Below, one piece after another: positions 1 to 11,744 of a stretch of 64,000 bases of DNA. The DNA is from Oikopleura dioica (taxonomy: Eukaryota; Animalia; Chordata): NCBI GenBank assembly GCA_907165135.1, contig OU015566.1:4278001-4342000 (forward strand), written 5' to 3'. Every line of letters starts with the position of its first letter. Within the stretch, counting starts at the first letter, position 1. The position numbers and the translations under genes were made by a program. The notes beneath the pieces were generated by a model. The model made no database searches, had not been told where the DNA came from, and saw nothing but the letters and a program-made list of their open reading frames with translations.

Positions 1-310
1 CTTCGCGCCAGAAAGGGCCTGATAAGCCGCAAAAATGCGGTTTTTTCTGTCTTCAACAAAAAGATCGAGAAGCCGCTTGCGGCTTCGAGCTAAAAAGAAT
101 GTAAAGCCGCGCTTAAATGCGACTAAAAGCTTTAAAATAGATAAAGCCGGAAAGAGCGCGGCTCTTTTTCAGAATTTTCACGCGGCTTTTTTGTCTTTCA
201 TTAATAAGATCAAAAAAGCCGCGCGAAATCGCGGCTTATCTCTTATTTTTCAGATCAAAGCCGCAAGCGGCTTTTTGGTGTCCGTTTTTTTGAAAATGAT
301 TTAGACCCCG
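1..310. repeat. Cluster of short AAAGCCGCG / CGCGGCTTT motifs in both orientations (end of a repetitive element)
   Basis: The motif recurs many times in direct and inverted orientation (e.g. aaagccgcgc, cgcggctttt, aagccgcgcgaaatcgcggctt). Similar motifs occur at 54714-54760. Confidence 0.55.
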
Positions 311-810
311 CCACTTTGGAACAATAAATGAAGCCATGTATCAAACTGACGATGAATCCAAGAAAAAATCAAGGTAGATATTTATCCTCAAAAGTCTCAG
401 GAATCCTCTTTTTAGAGCAAATGCTGAACAAATTGAACAGTGCGATACAAGGCGGATGACAAAACGGGGCATTTACGAAACGAGAATTTAGTCCCTTATT
501 TTTACTGTTAACGAATTATACTGTTTATTATGCAAATATACTTTATTTAATCGAAAGAGCCCTTTTTCAAGTCTGAAATTTCGGATAAAAATCGGGTGAG
601 ATTGGAATTTTTCGTCGTAGATTTTCATTAATAAATTCAGAAAGCAGACGGAAAATTGAGCTTTTTTGATTTTGAATGGAATTCAGCCGGAATTCTCTTT
701 CCATTTTCATAGGATGACATCCTCACTGAGCATATGACGTTTTACCTCTGTATATAATTGATCCAAACAGAGGATGATTTACATTTTCTCTCCGACAAAA
801 ACTTTTCATC

Positions 811-1029
811 ATGGTCAAAATGATTTCTCTTTTGTTTTTTGTCGAAGCTGTTTTTGGATTTTTAACAAGATCTTCGATCGACTCAATCTATCGAGGACAG
901 CGTCAAACGGTAGGATTTTTTGATAAATTCGATTCGAAAAAACTTTTTAGCAGTCGACGTCTCGACCATCAAAACTCCGAAGAAGAAATATTCGAACATG
1001 GATTCCCGGTTTTATCGGCAACGAAATGA
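811..1029 (+). CDS. Possible small secreted peptide (orphan)
   Basis: 72-aa ORF with a hydrophobic N-terminus (MISLLFFVEAVFG). No recognisable family. Confidence 0.2.
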   Translation: MVKMISLLFFVEAVFGFLTRSSIDSIYRGQRQTVGFFDKFDSKKLFSSRRLDHQNSEEEIFEHGFPVLSATK

Positions 1030-3693
1030 GAATGACGAGATTTTCTGATTTTTCCAATCCTTTTTTGATGCTTTCAAACAAGTGATCATGTCGATTTTTC
1101 GGCTTAAACCAATTTATGAAAGTGCATATTTGATTACCAATAGGATTGCTTTATTTGGCCTATCAGCCAATCAAAAACCTTATCCACAAAATCACTTCCA
1201 TAAATTCGTTTTACCCAATTTTTCGGGGTAGAACCAATTTTTGGAACAGATTTTTCGGAAAGGGTTTGGATTTGCCGGTAGGCCAAATAAAGCAATCTTA
1301 TTGGTTATCCAAAAATTCACTTCAAAAATTGGTTTTACCCGAATTTTCGTATTTTCATCCTGCTTTTTTTGTTAAAAAATCTTATCTTGTTACCCTAACC
1401 CCTTTGATTAAAATAAAAACTGAAAAAAACAGCCGAGAAAACAGCCATATTTATAAGAAAAAATTGCTTTTGAAAGCTGAGGTCAATTAATATTAATAAT
1501 TCTTTACTTTCTGACACGAAGCAGTTAAAATTGTTCGAGGGTGCTAGTGTTGCTGATCAATTATGCAGACCGAAAAAGAATTGCCCCGATTGTGCGCAAA
1601 AAAAGTAGAGAAAAAAACGAAAGGAAAATGTCGGAGGCATCATCAATTTTGACGATTGTTACTTTGAGTCCAAAAAATAGAGAAAACAAAGAAAACAACG
1701 AAGAAACGAATGAAATTTTTCTGGATGATCAGTCTACTAGATACTATTGAAAGAGGTTCAAACAAGTTGTTTTTAACCAGATTACAGTTAACAATGAGTT
1801 CAGGCCGTGAACTTCACGGGATGAACTCGTGAAGAAACTACTTTTTGGTGAATTAAAAAAATTGGTCTTTCAGCAGAAAAATGTCGAAAAAAATCATTTA
1901 TCGACATTGACAATGTCACATTGTCGATCATGACAATGTCATTCAAAAAGATGACCACACAAATTTATTTCTCACAGAAACTTCTAAAATGAGATACATT
2001 GCAAGGAAAAGAAACTTTTAAGTAAGAGACAAAACTGCGACAAATTTCACCAAATTTTTGACAAATTTTTGACCAATCAGATAAATCTATTCGATCAAAT
2101 GGTTTTGTAAATAATTTATTTGTAATTTATTTATAAATTATTTGTCGCAAGTTTTTTGTCGCGATTTTTGTCGCAAATTTTTGTCGCAATTTTTTTTATC
2201 ATCGTGAAATTTTGTGTATTCGGGCAAACACCAAAGTTTTTCGCGTTTTGTCTGCTTTAACATTATAAAAGCGAATTAAAAATGCCAAAAATATATCTTA
2301 AAAATTTGCTGGTCTGAATGGCCTTTCAATTTTTGCCCGCAAACTAGCAATGAATAAATAATCACTTTTAACGCATCCTTTATAAGCAGTATTTAAAATT
2401 CGCGATAAAACCGATCGCGCAGCAAAAAATAACTCCAGTTTTTGGAATACGATACTTTTTGTTCTATTTTTTATTCATAAAATGGCGCATAACTTGAGCC
2501 TAGGTCAACATAAGTGGGATTCAAGACAAAACATGTTCAAGAGAGGGATCGAAAGTTCAGAAGAATCGAATAGGCAGCATTGTTTTTGGTTCAGAATTTT
2601 TAGCGATTTTCGTTAGGTCATTTTTTTATCAAAAAAATAAAGTCCCAATTTTTCGACCTTTTTTGAACCTAGCGTCAGTATGCGCCTTTTTGTCCTGATT
2701 GTCAGTTTGCTTTTTATGACTGTTGGAACTGGACTTATTCTCCTTAAAACGGCTCCAGCAACTGGTCTGGGTCCGTCTTCAATGTATAATTTGAACAAAA
2801 AGGTACGCTTCTATAATAGACAATTTGTCTTTGAAAAAAAAAAACACAAAAAGAATAGCATTTGTACTTTTTTAACTGAAAGATCAAAGCTGAGTAAATG
2901 ATGCAATCTTCGTTGAAAATAAAAATATTCAGGATGTTTATTACAAAATATTCATTTTGAATAAGGGTCACATATGTCTTTCAGTTTCGAGCAAATGAAA
3001 GAATGATCATTGCAGCTTGATGAACTCCTATAAATTTTTAATAAAATGTCTCTTGAGTATTTTCGAACCTGTCTGACTGAATTTAGATTTTTATCAATTT
3101 GATGCAACTGCGCCGGATGAAACAACTACGGAGCATCAGTTAAAGAAGATTCCAAGAATACTGGTTTTTCCTACTAATTAGCTCTTTTTGACGCATTTTT
3201 TCCAAATTGGAAAAAATGGCATTATGCCAAAAGTGCACTTATCCCTTTTTATTCCGTGAATTCAAGTTCAACTGTAAATAGAGAGATCTTCAGAAAATCA
3301 AATTTGGAGAACAAGAATGCTGGTTCTGTTGGTTTACGCGTTGCTTTTTCAAAGCTAAAAGCTGTCAAAGTACGAAAGATCACTAGATTTCGAATATTTT
3401 TTATCTCAAATTAACTCATAAAGAAAATATATCATTGTGAAAATTCGAAAAATCTTTTATGGTTTTTCGTCCAATCAATATTTCAAGCTGCTAATAGTAG
3501 CTAAAATGACGATGAAAAATTTAGTAGAAATAAAATAAGAATCCGTCTTTCTTCAACCCTTTTTAATTCAGGTCGAGTTCAATTGCCTCAGGCGCCTCGA
3601 GCGAAAAGAAGATCAAGAGTAGACATGTATTTTGTTAGAAGCAGAAAAGCGGGGTAGAAACATGCAAAAGCACTTGTCATCGTTGGATTGTGG

Positions 3694-5901
3694 TTATTGC
3701 TCAAGTTTGTAATCTTCGAGGACTTTCAAAAAGATCGGATAGCCCATCATAAATTCCAAAACACTGAGAGCAGTGTCCGTTTCCGTGTCGAGATTTCGGA
3801 AGATTTGGTTGACGTAGACCATGATGTTGTCCTCCGCTTTTTTCAGGTTGTGTTTTTGCGCTTGTGCTAGAAATTTTTAAGCAAAAAGAACGACGGGTTT
3901 GGCTACCTTTCAAAAAATTTGTGATTTCGATGACGACAATCGTCTGATCCTTATTTTGATCGATTTCGTTCAACAGATCGGAAAATTTTTGCCAAAAAGC
4001 GAGGAATTCTTCCTTGGAGATATTTCCGTCTGTCGTGTCCATTTTCCAGTATGTTGCGTAGTATTTCTTGAGTCAGATTTTAGGATTTATATTTTTGTTG
4101 GGATCATACCATTGCTTCAACGAAGGTTTCTTCTGAGACTTTTGTTGTTGACAGGGACTTAAATGTTTCCTTCCTGAAAGAAATTTCAATGGCGACTTCT
4201 TAAGGACCCCCCTCTCCTTTTTTTCCGAAACTTAGGTAGACCCTTAGTTTAAGCTTCAAATCAGGCAAAGAACTCAAACCGTTTCCCTTAGGATAACCTG
4301 TCGATATTAAAATTAAGGGTATACAGGCCGTTAAAAGTAAGAACTCATCTTGATAGGAGGGGGTGTTAAAACTGAGAACTACGGAATCAAAAATTCTAAG
4401 ATCGTGAATATTAAAGAAAACTACGAAAAACTACTTTTACCCTTTGACTTTTAAACTAGCATAAAGCTGACGTCTAAAAATGTCATATAATTTCACGCGT
4501 CAATTTATGGCATACTCACGCGACTTGTTCAAACTCGACTTTTCCATCGTCATTTTCATCAATATTCTCAAACTGTTTCGTCAATGTTTCTTGGCTTGGA
4601 ATCACTTCATCGATTTTCGCCTGAACTTCTGTCTTTTGCGCCGTTGTTACTTCGATTTCTTCATCGCTGCTTTCCTCTTCCTCCTCCTCGTTATCATCAT
4701 CTTCTTGCTGTTTGGTTTGAGTGATTTGAACAGAGTCGTTGGTTATTTGCTGAGTTTCTTTAGTTTCTTGAGTTTGATCATTTTGATCGCTCGAAACTTG
4801 GGTCTGGTTTGTTTGGACTTCAGCTTCAGTTGTTTCTTGTTCGTTTACAGCACTTGTTTCAGCTGACTGCTAGATAAATAGAAATGTATATTTTCAACGT
4901 CAACAAAAATCTACCTCTTCAACTGGTTCTTGAGAGTCCTCGTTGTCTTCAGCCTCTTTTTGTTCGACTTTTTCTACCTCGTTTTCTGCTACTTGAGACT
5001 GCTGGACTTGAGAAGAATCAGTCTCCTCGTGAGTCGTTGTTGAGTCCGATTCTAGTTCTGCTTGTAATTCGTCGAGTTTTTGATCAATTTCATCTTTTGG
5101 TGCTTCCGTTGCTTCTTGTGAGTCAGGTTTATTTGTCGCTGATTCATCCTGAGTTGTTCTCTCATCAGGATGTGTTTCTATTGTTTCTTGAGTTTGTTCA
5201 GGAACAGCTAGAGTCTCCTCATTTTGATTTTCAGAATCTTGATTTGCATCAGCCTGAATTGATTCCTGCTCTTGATCTTGTGAACCTTCAGATTCCTGCT
5301 GTACCGGATTCTCGTCCTTTGTTTCGTCTTGACCGGATTGCTGATCTTGTGAAGCTTCCTGCTCGTTTGTAGTTGTGGCATCTGTATTTTCGGTTACTTC
5401 AGCGTCCGTTGGGTCTGTTACGGATTCATTTTGATCCTGAGCAGCATTTTCAGAGGATTCTTCTTCAAGCTTTTGCTCTTCTTTGTTTTCCTCAGCTGGA
5501 GTGGTTTCTTCGGAGTCAATGGTAACGGGCTCGTTGAGTTCAGTAGACTCAGGTTTAGTCTCTTCTACGGCTGGGGTTTCTTCCGCGACAGTCTCTTCTT
5601 CGACAGTCTGAGGTTTTTCATCCGTTTCTTCCTGCTCGACCTGAGATACTTCTTTTGGTTCTTGAGTGACCGTTTTTTCAGCCTCGGAATCGTCTTCATC
5701 ATTTACTTCTTTTTCAGCTTTCTCCTCAACTGTTTGCGTCTCTGGTTCTGTTTTTGTCTCAGCTTCGATGGTTTGCTCAGTAGTTATTTTCTTCTGCCCA
5801 GGATCAGAATTGATTTGATCGAGAACAATAGGAATTCCTTTGCCTCCAAGAAGCTCGATCAAAGAGCAAATGCTCTTGTTTAACTCGATCACGCGATTCA
5901 T
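3694..5901 (-). CDS. Glu/Gln/Thr-rich acidic protein with about four C-terminal EF-hand-like motifs (multi-exon)
   Basis: ORF 4900-5901 is E/Q/T-rich. Downstream exons translate to FENIDENDDGKVEFEQV (~4520-4570), MDTTDGNISKEEF and LNEIDQNKDQTIVVIEI (3900-4042), and IFRNLDTETDTALSVLEFMMG...KLEQ* (stop 3694-3696). GT/AG introns are visible. Confidence 0.7.
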
Positions 5902-6310
5902 TAGTTGTTTCTAAAGAACAATATGAGTAACAGTTATTTCTCTCGTTAGTAAGTTATTAACATAAAAAAGCAGCAATTTCTCTAATTTCTTCATAATAAG
6001 CGTAAGCACACCGGTGCTATTCACCACAAATAAAACTCTCTTTTATGACGTCTTTAGATGGTAGTACCTGTGTCTCTTCTGCTGAGCTCATCGCTTTTCC
6101 CTTTCGCGACTCTCTGCTTTTCTGAGATCCGACAAGTTGGTTTTAAAAATGAGGAGCTACGGGAAAAACTGCCGATTTTGAATAACAAAGCTCGTTAAAA
6201 CCAGAATATACGAGCGGTCGTAAAACGCGCTGTCAGAAGTGAAAACCGAAATTAAATCGGACAAAATTTGAATGACGAAAATGAATTTTTACGACTTGAT
6301 TCACTTTTAT

Positions 6311-7767
6311 TCACAGGTGATCGACATGCTTCACATCCAGTTTTCGGTTTTCATATTTGATTTTGAACTGCTCTGGAATCGGGTATTCGTTGAAATCGTC
6401 GGCTTCTTCGATCAGGAGCATGGAATCTTTGGCTCTAGAAACGACGACTTCGACGTTTTTGGATTTATCGCTGATGAAAAATCTCACATCGCTAAAATTA
6501 TAAATTGACTGTATTTTTCGTTACTGTAGTTTCCTCACTTGCTACTGTCGATTGATAAGCAGGGACAGACTTCTTTAACTTGCCCTCCGACCTAAATTTT
6601 CCAAGTTTTTGGCAGAAAAAACGAGTCAATGACAAACCTTTGAGCAATTGATGATTTCCACTTGAGAGATGACCGAGTCAAACTCAAAATTGAAGTTTTT
6701 ACAATTGTCCACAGAAATCGAATTGCACTTTCCCTTTATCGAGCCACCACCTAAACAATTTTTTACCATCCCTTTTTCTCCCAAACCGGTAGAGGAGATG
6801 ATGTGCACTCGCTGATCCATTTCGACTTTCAAGTCCCAGGTCCCCTCAGCATTTTCGATGATCCATTTTTTGCCCTCGAGTTTTTTCACCGGCTCTTTTT
6901 TCGGAGGAGACGAATTGGTTGCCCCTTGTTCTGCCTGCGAAGGAAGATTTTCAGATGACGCATATGCCATGAGTTGTCTTCAAGAAAAATTAACCCTAGA
7001 AAACTTCAAAAATTTTCGAAAACCTGAAAATTTTGTCGATTTCTTCCTTAATTTTCTTCACCTCTCCCTTCTGACTCTCCTCCAGCTCATTGATTCTGAT
7101 CCTGTTCCAGAAGTACAAGCCAGAATTCTTACTCTCCATCACAAAATTCTTCGCTGCTCTTGGATCCGGATTTCCCTGAAACCAGCCAAAAGCCCCGGAA
7201 AATCCTTCAATCGCGGAGATGAAATTCTTTTCCAAGTCATTTTTTGATTGTCTCACGAGTGCTGAAATTTCACCGACCAGGTCGACTTGCGGCTGGAGTT
7301 TGGAGACCGAATCACGTGATTTGTGATAGTTGTTTGATAAGTATTCATTATGGAGAGACGAAAGCTGCCAGAATTTGGAGATGCATGTCTAAAAGCGGCA
7401 ATAAGTCACCGGAATCATTTTCTAAACTTAAGGGTACCACCTTCGATTTCCCCAACTTTGGCCTTGAATAGCTCAGAACCAGTAAATCGTTGATCTTACC
7501 ATTTCATATTTCTGATATCAAAAAGATCATATTCGGACTTTTGGGAAATCGAAAGTAGTACCCTCAACTCACCCTGCAGATTTCCGGCAAAAACTGCGTC
7601 TCGCAGCCATAACTCTCCACCAAAACTACTCCACTTATAATTCTGTCCTGAATGAGCGTCTCTGTCGGCGGCGGGGCATTCGCTTTCTCTTCTATTTTCT
7701 TTTCCGCCCCACTTTCTTCAACTTCATAGCTCTTTTTTGGCTTGCAGACTGACGAACCCGACCCCAT
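6311..7767 (-). CDS. CAP: Divergent adenylyl cyclase-associated protein (CAP/Srv2 family), multi-exon
   Basis: HFD-like segment NFISAIEGFSGAFGWFQ...GLYFWNRI. CARP domain KKEPVKKLEGKKWIIEN...IKGKCNSISVDNCKNFNFEFDSVISQVEIINCS. C-terminus DDFNEYPIPEQFKI...DHL* matches the CAP consensus DFxEFPVPEQF. The link between first exon and the rest is not fully resolved. Confidence 0.85.
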
Positions 7768-8100
7768 GGAAACTTTAGGAAAGTGAAAGAAAAAGATTTC
7801 GGAGGGAAAAGAAGTGAAGAAAAGTTTATTCAGTAAATGGCAGAGAATTCTCTCATTGAATAAACAGTAAGTGCCTTGTTTGATTTATTCTTGAGAGGTT
7901 GTTAAAACAAGAAATGATTCAAATGCGATCGATAGTTATGAAAACAGGTAAAGTAAGAATTTTGCCTGCAAAAAGTTCTAAAACTTCATCTTACTAGTTT
8001 TTCGTAAAAATTTTCTTGGAATTTCTTTCAAATATGTTATAAAGAGACTTTTATAGTTGAAACTGTCTGTAGACATGATAATAACGAGAAAAAAGTTCTG

Positions 8101-9313
8101 TCATGTTCCCTGTTTCGCAGATGGGCCAAAAAATAAAATCCCTGTTCCTGTGTACCATATTCCGAGGCCAGATTCAATCCCTTGCTCCAGAAATAGAAAA
8201 ATTTTAGCGTCATCCAACTTAGTTGGAGAATCACCCAACTTAAGGCCACTTTTGAAATTAGCTGTCATCCAAAAAGTGGCCTTAAGTTGGGGTTTCACTG
8301 TATTCCAAAATCCGAAGAAAAGCGCGGACCATAATTGTTTTGAAAATTTTAAAAAAGCAAAATTATTTTTTCGGGGTATTTTTGAATCATAGGCTATGAT
8401 TCATAGCTTATAAACGTTTTAGCTGCTCTCGAAAATTTAAAGATGATGATCGAACTGATTTGACAAATATATTTTATTATAAAAGAACATTTTCACTGTA
8501 AGAAGTTTCCTTTCTTACATAATTTCTATATCCGACGATGATCGAAATAACAATTTTCGAGAAGCTAGAAATATAAGATATCTCATTCAACATCTATGAA
8601 TTAGTTTTACCTTATCAAAAGACACATGAATACGCAAAACCCGGGCTCGTAGGTCAGCTGATGAGTTATTGCATCTTCTGAAATAAAATACTTTTTTTAT
8701 TCTCGTTGTGATGAGATTTTTACCGAACCAGTTGATTTCCTTCTCGTTGAGAATATTGACGCACTCGTATATACAGATGCACATTGACAGAATTCCTATA
8801 AATAAACACAAAACTGTCCGCTTTCTCTTTTTTTCCCACCTGATCCGCCAAGAAGCCAAAAAATGGGAATCTTGTTCGTAAGACCATTGTGGAGATAGTT
8901 GTAAAGAAATGTCAGTAAAACAGTGATAAGGTAAAAGAATCGTTGTTTTTCTTGAACAGGAGAGTCGATTGTTGAGCATTGGTAGTTTTCCGAGCGGAAG
9001 GTTTTGAAACAACGGATCCAGAGGCCTTCGAAGACGTCGATATTGTTTTTCGTGTTTGTCTGAAAATATGGATGATAATAATAAAAATTTATGATTCTCA
9101 ATTCACTAGATAAAGCGAGCGATAAGTTAAATTCATAAATTTTCGAATAAAAAAATCTATACAAACGCTCAATTTCCGCGAGTTATGGTTTTCGAAATGT
9201 TCATTTTTCACCTGATCTTTTTGCCTCCAACATGGCAAAAGAAAAATCAACAAGTCCAAATATCCCAAAACAAGAGTCGTTGCCTTCAAAAAGCCTCCGA
9301 TCAGTTTCTCCAT
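8101..9313 (-). CDS. Claudin/PMP22-superfamily tetraspan protein, divergent, multi-exon
   Basis: Hydrophobic N-terminal segment ending LPCWR, then EGLWIRCFKTFRSENYQC (claudin W-GLW-C-C signature), then further hydrophobic segments (GILSMCICIY; GLGIWYTGTGILFFG). Confidence 0.5.
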
Positions 9314-9842
9314 GTTGAGTTTTCCTGTTTTCTCTTCTTTTTCAAAATGCAGACAGTCCATTTTTTGAGCGGGAAAAGTGAGATACGAGAGAAATGAAAA
9401 AGGGTAAAAATATGTGCAATGCTGCGTACTGTAGCTTTGCTGATGATTTATTCACGAATCCGATGCTGCCCAGGGTTAAGTACAGAGTGAGTTACAGATT
9501 TGTTGACTCATTAAATTATGATTTTCTCGAGTCAAAAAACTGAAAATCTATTGAAAATGAATTGATAATCAAAACTTTGCTCGGCCCTTTTTCATTTCTC
9601 TACTTGAGTCTCTTTGCTTTAACACGTGATAATTATTTAACTTGAAAGCTTTTGAATATTTTCGCGCTAAAGAGACTTTTCGTGCTCCCAATGGGCCATT
9701 TATCAGCAGCAAGTATGGCGCATTATCCATTCAGCCATTATAAATCTGCTTTGGGCTATTTAAATGCTTTATTTATTCATGCCTGTAGTTTCACTACTGT
9801 AAAATCATTACTGTACAATTGACCGAAAGCAATTTAAGGGTG

Positions 9843-10023
9843 TGAGGACAGGGGCTGAGCCGGGGCGAAGGAGCATTGCCACTCAGCGGCAGCCGCGTTC
9901 CACGGCAGCCTCCACCGCGGTGGTGCTGCCCCGCTGCGCCGCGGGTGGCTGCTCCGCCGCATAAAGGCTTGGCCACTGTCCGTAGTCCCTCAGTCTTAGC
10001 AAGGCCCACACCAGTCATCTACA
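9843..10023 (+). repeat. 5' LTR
   Basis: Runs TGAGGACA...CATCTACA, strongly GC-rich, contains the palindrome CCACCGCGGTGG at 9912-9923. Confidence 0.95.
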
Positions 10024-10024
10024 C

Positions 10025-10036
10025 TGGTGACTGAAG
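10025..10036 (+). promoter_or_regulatory. Primer-binding site (priming tRNA not assigned)
   Basis: TGG-initiated motif 1 nt after the LTR end, the typical PBS position. Confidence 0.65.
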
Positions 10037-10227
10037 AAAAAAGAACCCTCTTTTTCAATTTGGAAAACCAGAAAAACCAGAAAACAAAACCAGAGACAAA
10101 GCAAGAGAAAGGAAGCCGAGAAGGATAAGACACTCTGCCGAGAAGTTCTCTCGAGCTCGGCAGGTAGTTTCAACCTCACCTTCTCGGAGATAAGAATGGC
10201 TCAGGCAGGGATTAAGATCAATAGTTT

Positions 10228-11682
10228 ATGTTTATAAAAATCAACCAAAAAATACGGGAAGCTCTACTGAAACCGTTTATTGCGAACAAAGCCGCAAGCA
10301 AAAGTGAAGCTCTCGCCGAACTCGAAGATTACGACTGCATCGAAGTCAGCCAAGTACAGATAAACAATAAACTATTCTGGATCCCAACCGCCATCTACAA
10401 GAAGGAAGACAACAAACCCGCAAAAGACTACTACTCTGCTAAAGCGGATATACGAGCTCCATCATCTTTCACGCAAAAATCAACAGAAGAACTATCCCCA
10501 ACGGAATTAGATAATTTCAACAATAAATACATCCTCGAATTCAATCCACCAAAAACGAACACTCAAGGAAACCGACTGGAAGCCAAAACATCGACCATGG
10601 AAAACACTTCCACCAACACTGACGCATCCACCAACACCGAAAACGTCGAATCGAGCTCCACCAACAGCAAAATCGATGAAATCACTGAGCAACTCAGAGA
10701 GATGAACAAGAATGCGCAAGTGAACCAAAGCTCAGCATCAGATGACACCAAACCTGTCATTGCGGATTCAACACTCTATCTTCCCAAACTAGGAGAAAAC
10801 GACGCACCCGGCAGGTGGTCGAAAATAGCTAAACGACTCTTAGCCGCAACAAAAGCAAGCGAAGACAAGAAGATAAGTACCATCCTTGCCGCACTAGCTG
10901 AAAACCACCGAGAGAACGCATACACCTTTATTTTGAACAAAGAGGAAATCACCAGCGATGAGCTCTTATCATCAATCGAATCGTCTAATAAACGAAATAC
11001 GAACCAAATTGAAGAAGCCATCACAAACCTTCAAGTTCAAAAGCCGTCCAAATACAGTTTCGACAAACTCTTAACGCTCGTGACAGAAGCCAATCCAGAC
11101 AACAACGCACAAACAAACTTCGCGTTATGCTTGAATATATTTGAGCGGAAGCTGCCATCATCAATCAAGAACTCCCCACTTTTCAAACTACGAAGCAAGA
11201 TCTCAAAATCTTCATCCGAAAACCAACGAAACGAATACCACGACCTATGTGACATTCTATTGGAATCGGAGCCAAGAAGAACCTACAAATCGAACTACAT
11301 GAGCAGCAACTCACGCCGACAAGAATACCGTAACCGATTCAGATCAAGCTCCAGAAACGGAAGAAGATCCATCAGTAGAGGAAGACAAGGAAGATCAAGC
11401 AGCAGAGGCAGATACGACAGAAACAGAAGTAACAACCGAGACAACAGCAGAAGCCGCTACGGAAGATCCAACAGCAGAGGCCGAGACGACAGACGCCGAA
11501 GCCAAAGCCGAGACTACAGAAACTCGAGCCGCAACGGACGAGGTGATAGAAGCAGCCGCTCAACTTCGAGAAGCCGACAATGGAGAACAGTCAAATTCCT
11601 TGACAAGAACCAGTGTCGTCGTTGCCTAAAGTATGGCCACTGGGCTCGTGAATGCCGAAGCAGCAGCCAACCGCGAAAATAA
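10228..11682 (+). CDS. gag: Retrotransposon Gag with Arg/Ser-rich tail and CCHC zinc knuckle
   Basis: 484-aa ORF. CRRCLKYGHWAREC fits Cx2Cx4Hx4C and is preceded by an RS/RG-rich tract. Confidence 0.9.
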   Translation: MFIKINQKIREALLKPFIANKAASKSEALAELEDYDCIEVSQVQINNKLFWIPTAIYKKEDNKPAKDYYSAKADIRAPSSFTQKSTEELSPTELDNFNNKYILEFNPPKTNTQGNRLEAKTSTMENTSTNTDASTNTENVESSSTNSKIDEITEQLREMNKNAQVNQSSASDDTKPVIADSTLYLPKLGENDAPGRWSKIAKRLLAATKASEDKKISTILAALAENHRENAYTFILNKEEITSDELLSSIESSNKRNTNQIEEAITNLQVQKPSKYSFDKLLTLVTEANPDNNAQTNFALCLNIFERKLPSSIKNSPLFKLRSKISKSSSENQRNEYHDLCDILLESEPRRTYKSNYMSSNSRRQEYRNRFRSSSRNGRRSISRGRQGRSSSRGRYDRNRSNNRDNSRSRYGRSNSRGRDDRRRSQSRDYRNSSRNGRGDRSSRSTSRSRQWRTVKFLDKNQCRRCLKYGHWARECRSSSQPRK

Positions 11683-11744
11683 AAATACATAAAAATTACT
11701 TTCTGAAACCGCCCTTCCCAAGCTGAAGAGAAAAAATCAAATAA

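Noticed and set aside
3285-3390. Cys/aromatic-rich reading ECWFCWFTRCFFKAKSC as a neuropeptide exon
   Set aside because: No signal peptide, cleavage sites or supported gene model could be linked to it.
9794-10018. 74-aa and 77-aa minus-strand ORFs MTGVGLAKTEG... (also 13632-13865)
   Set aside because: Antisense readings of the GC-rich LTR.
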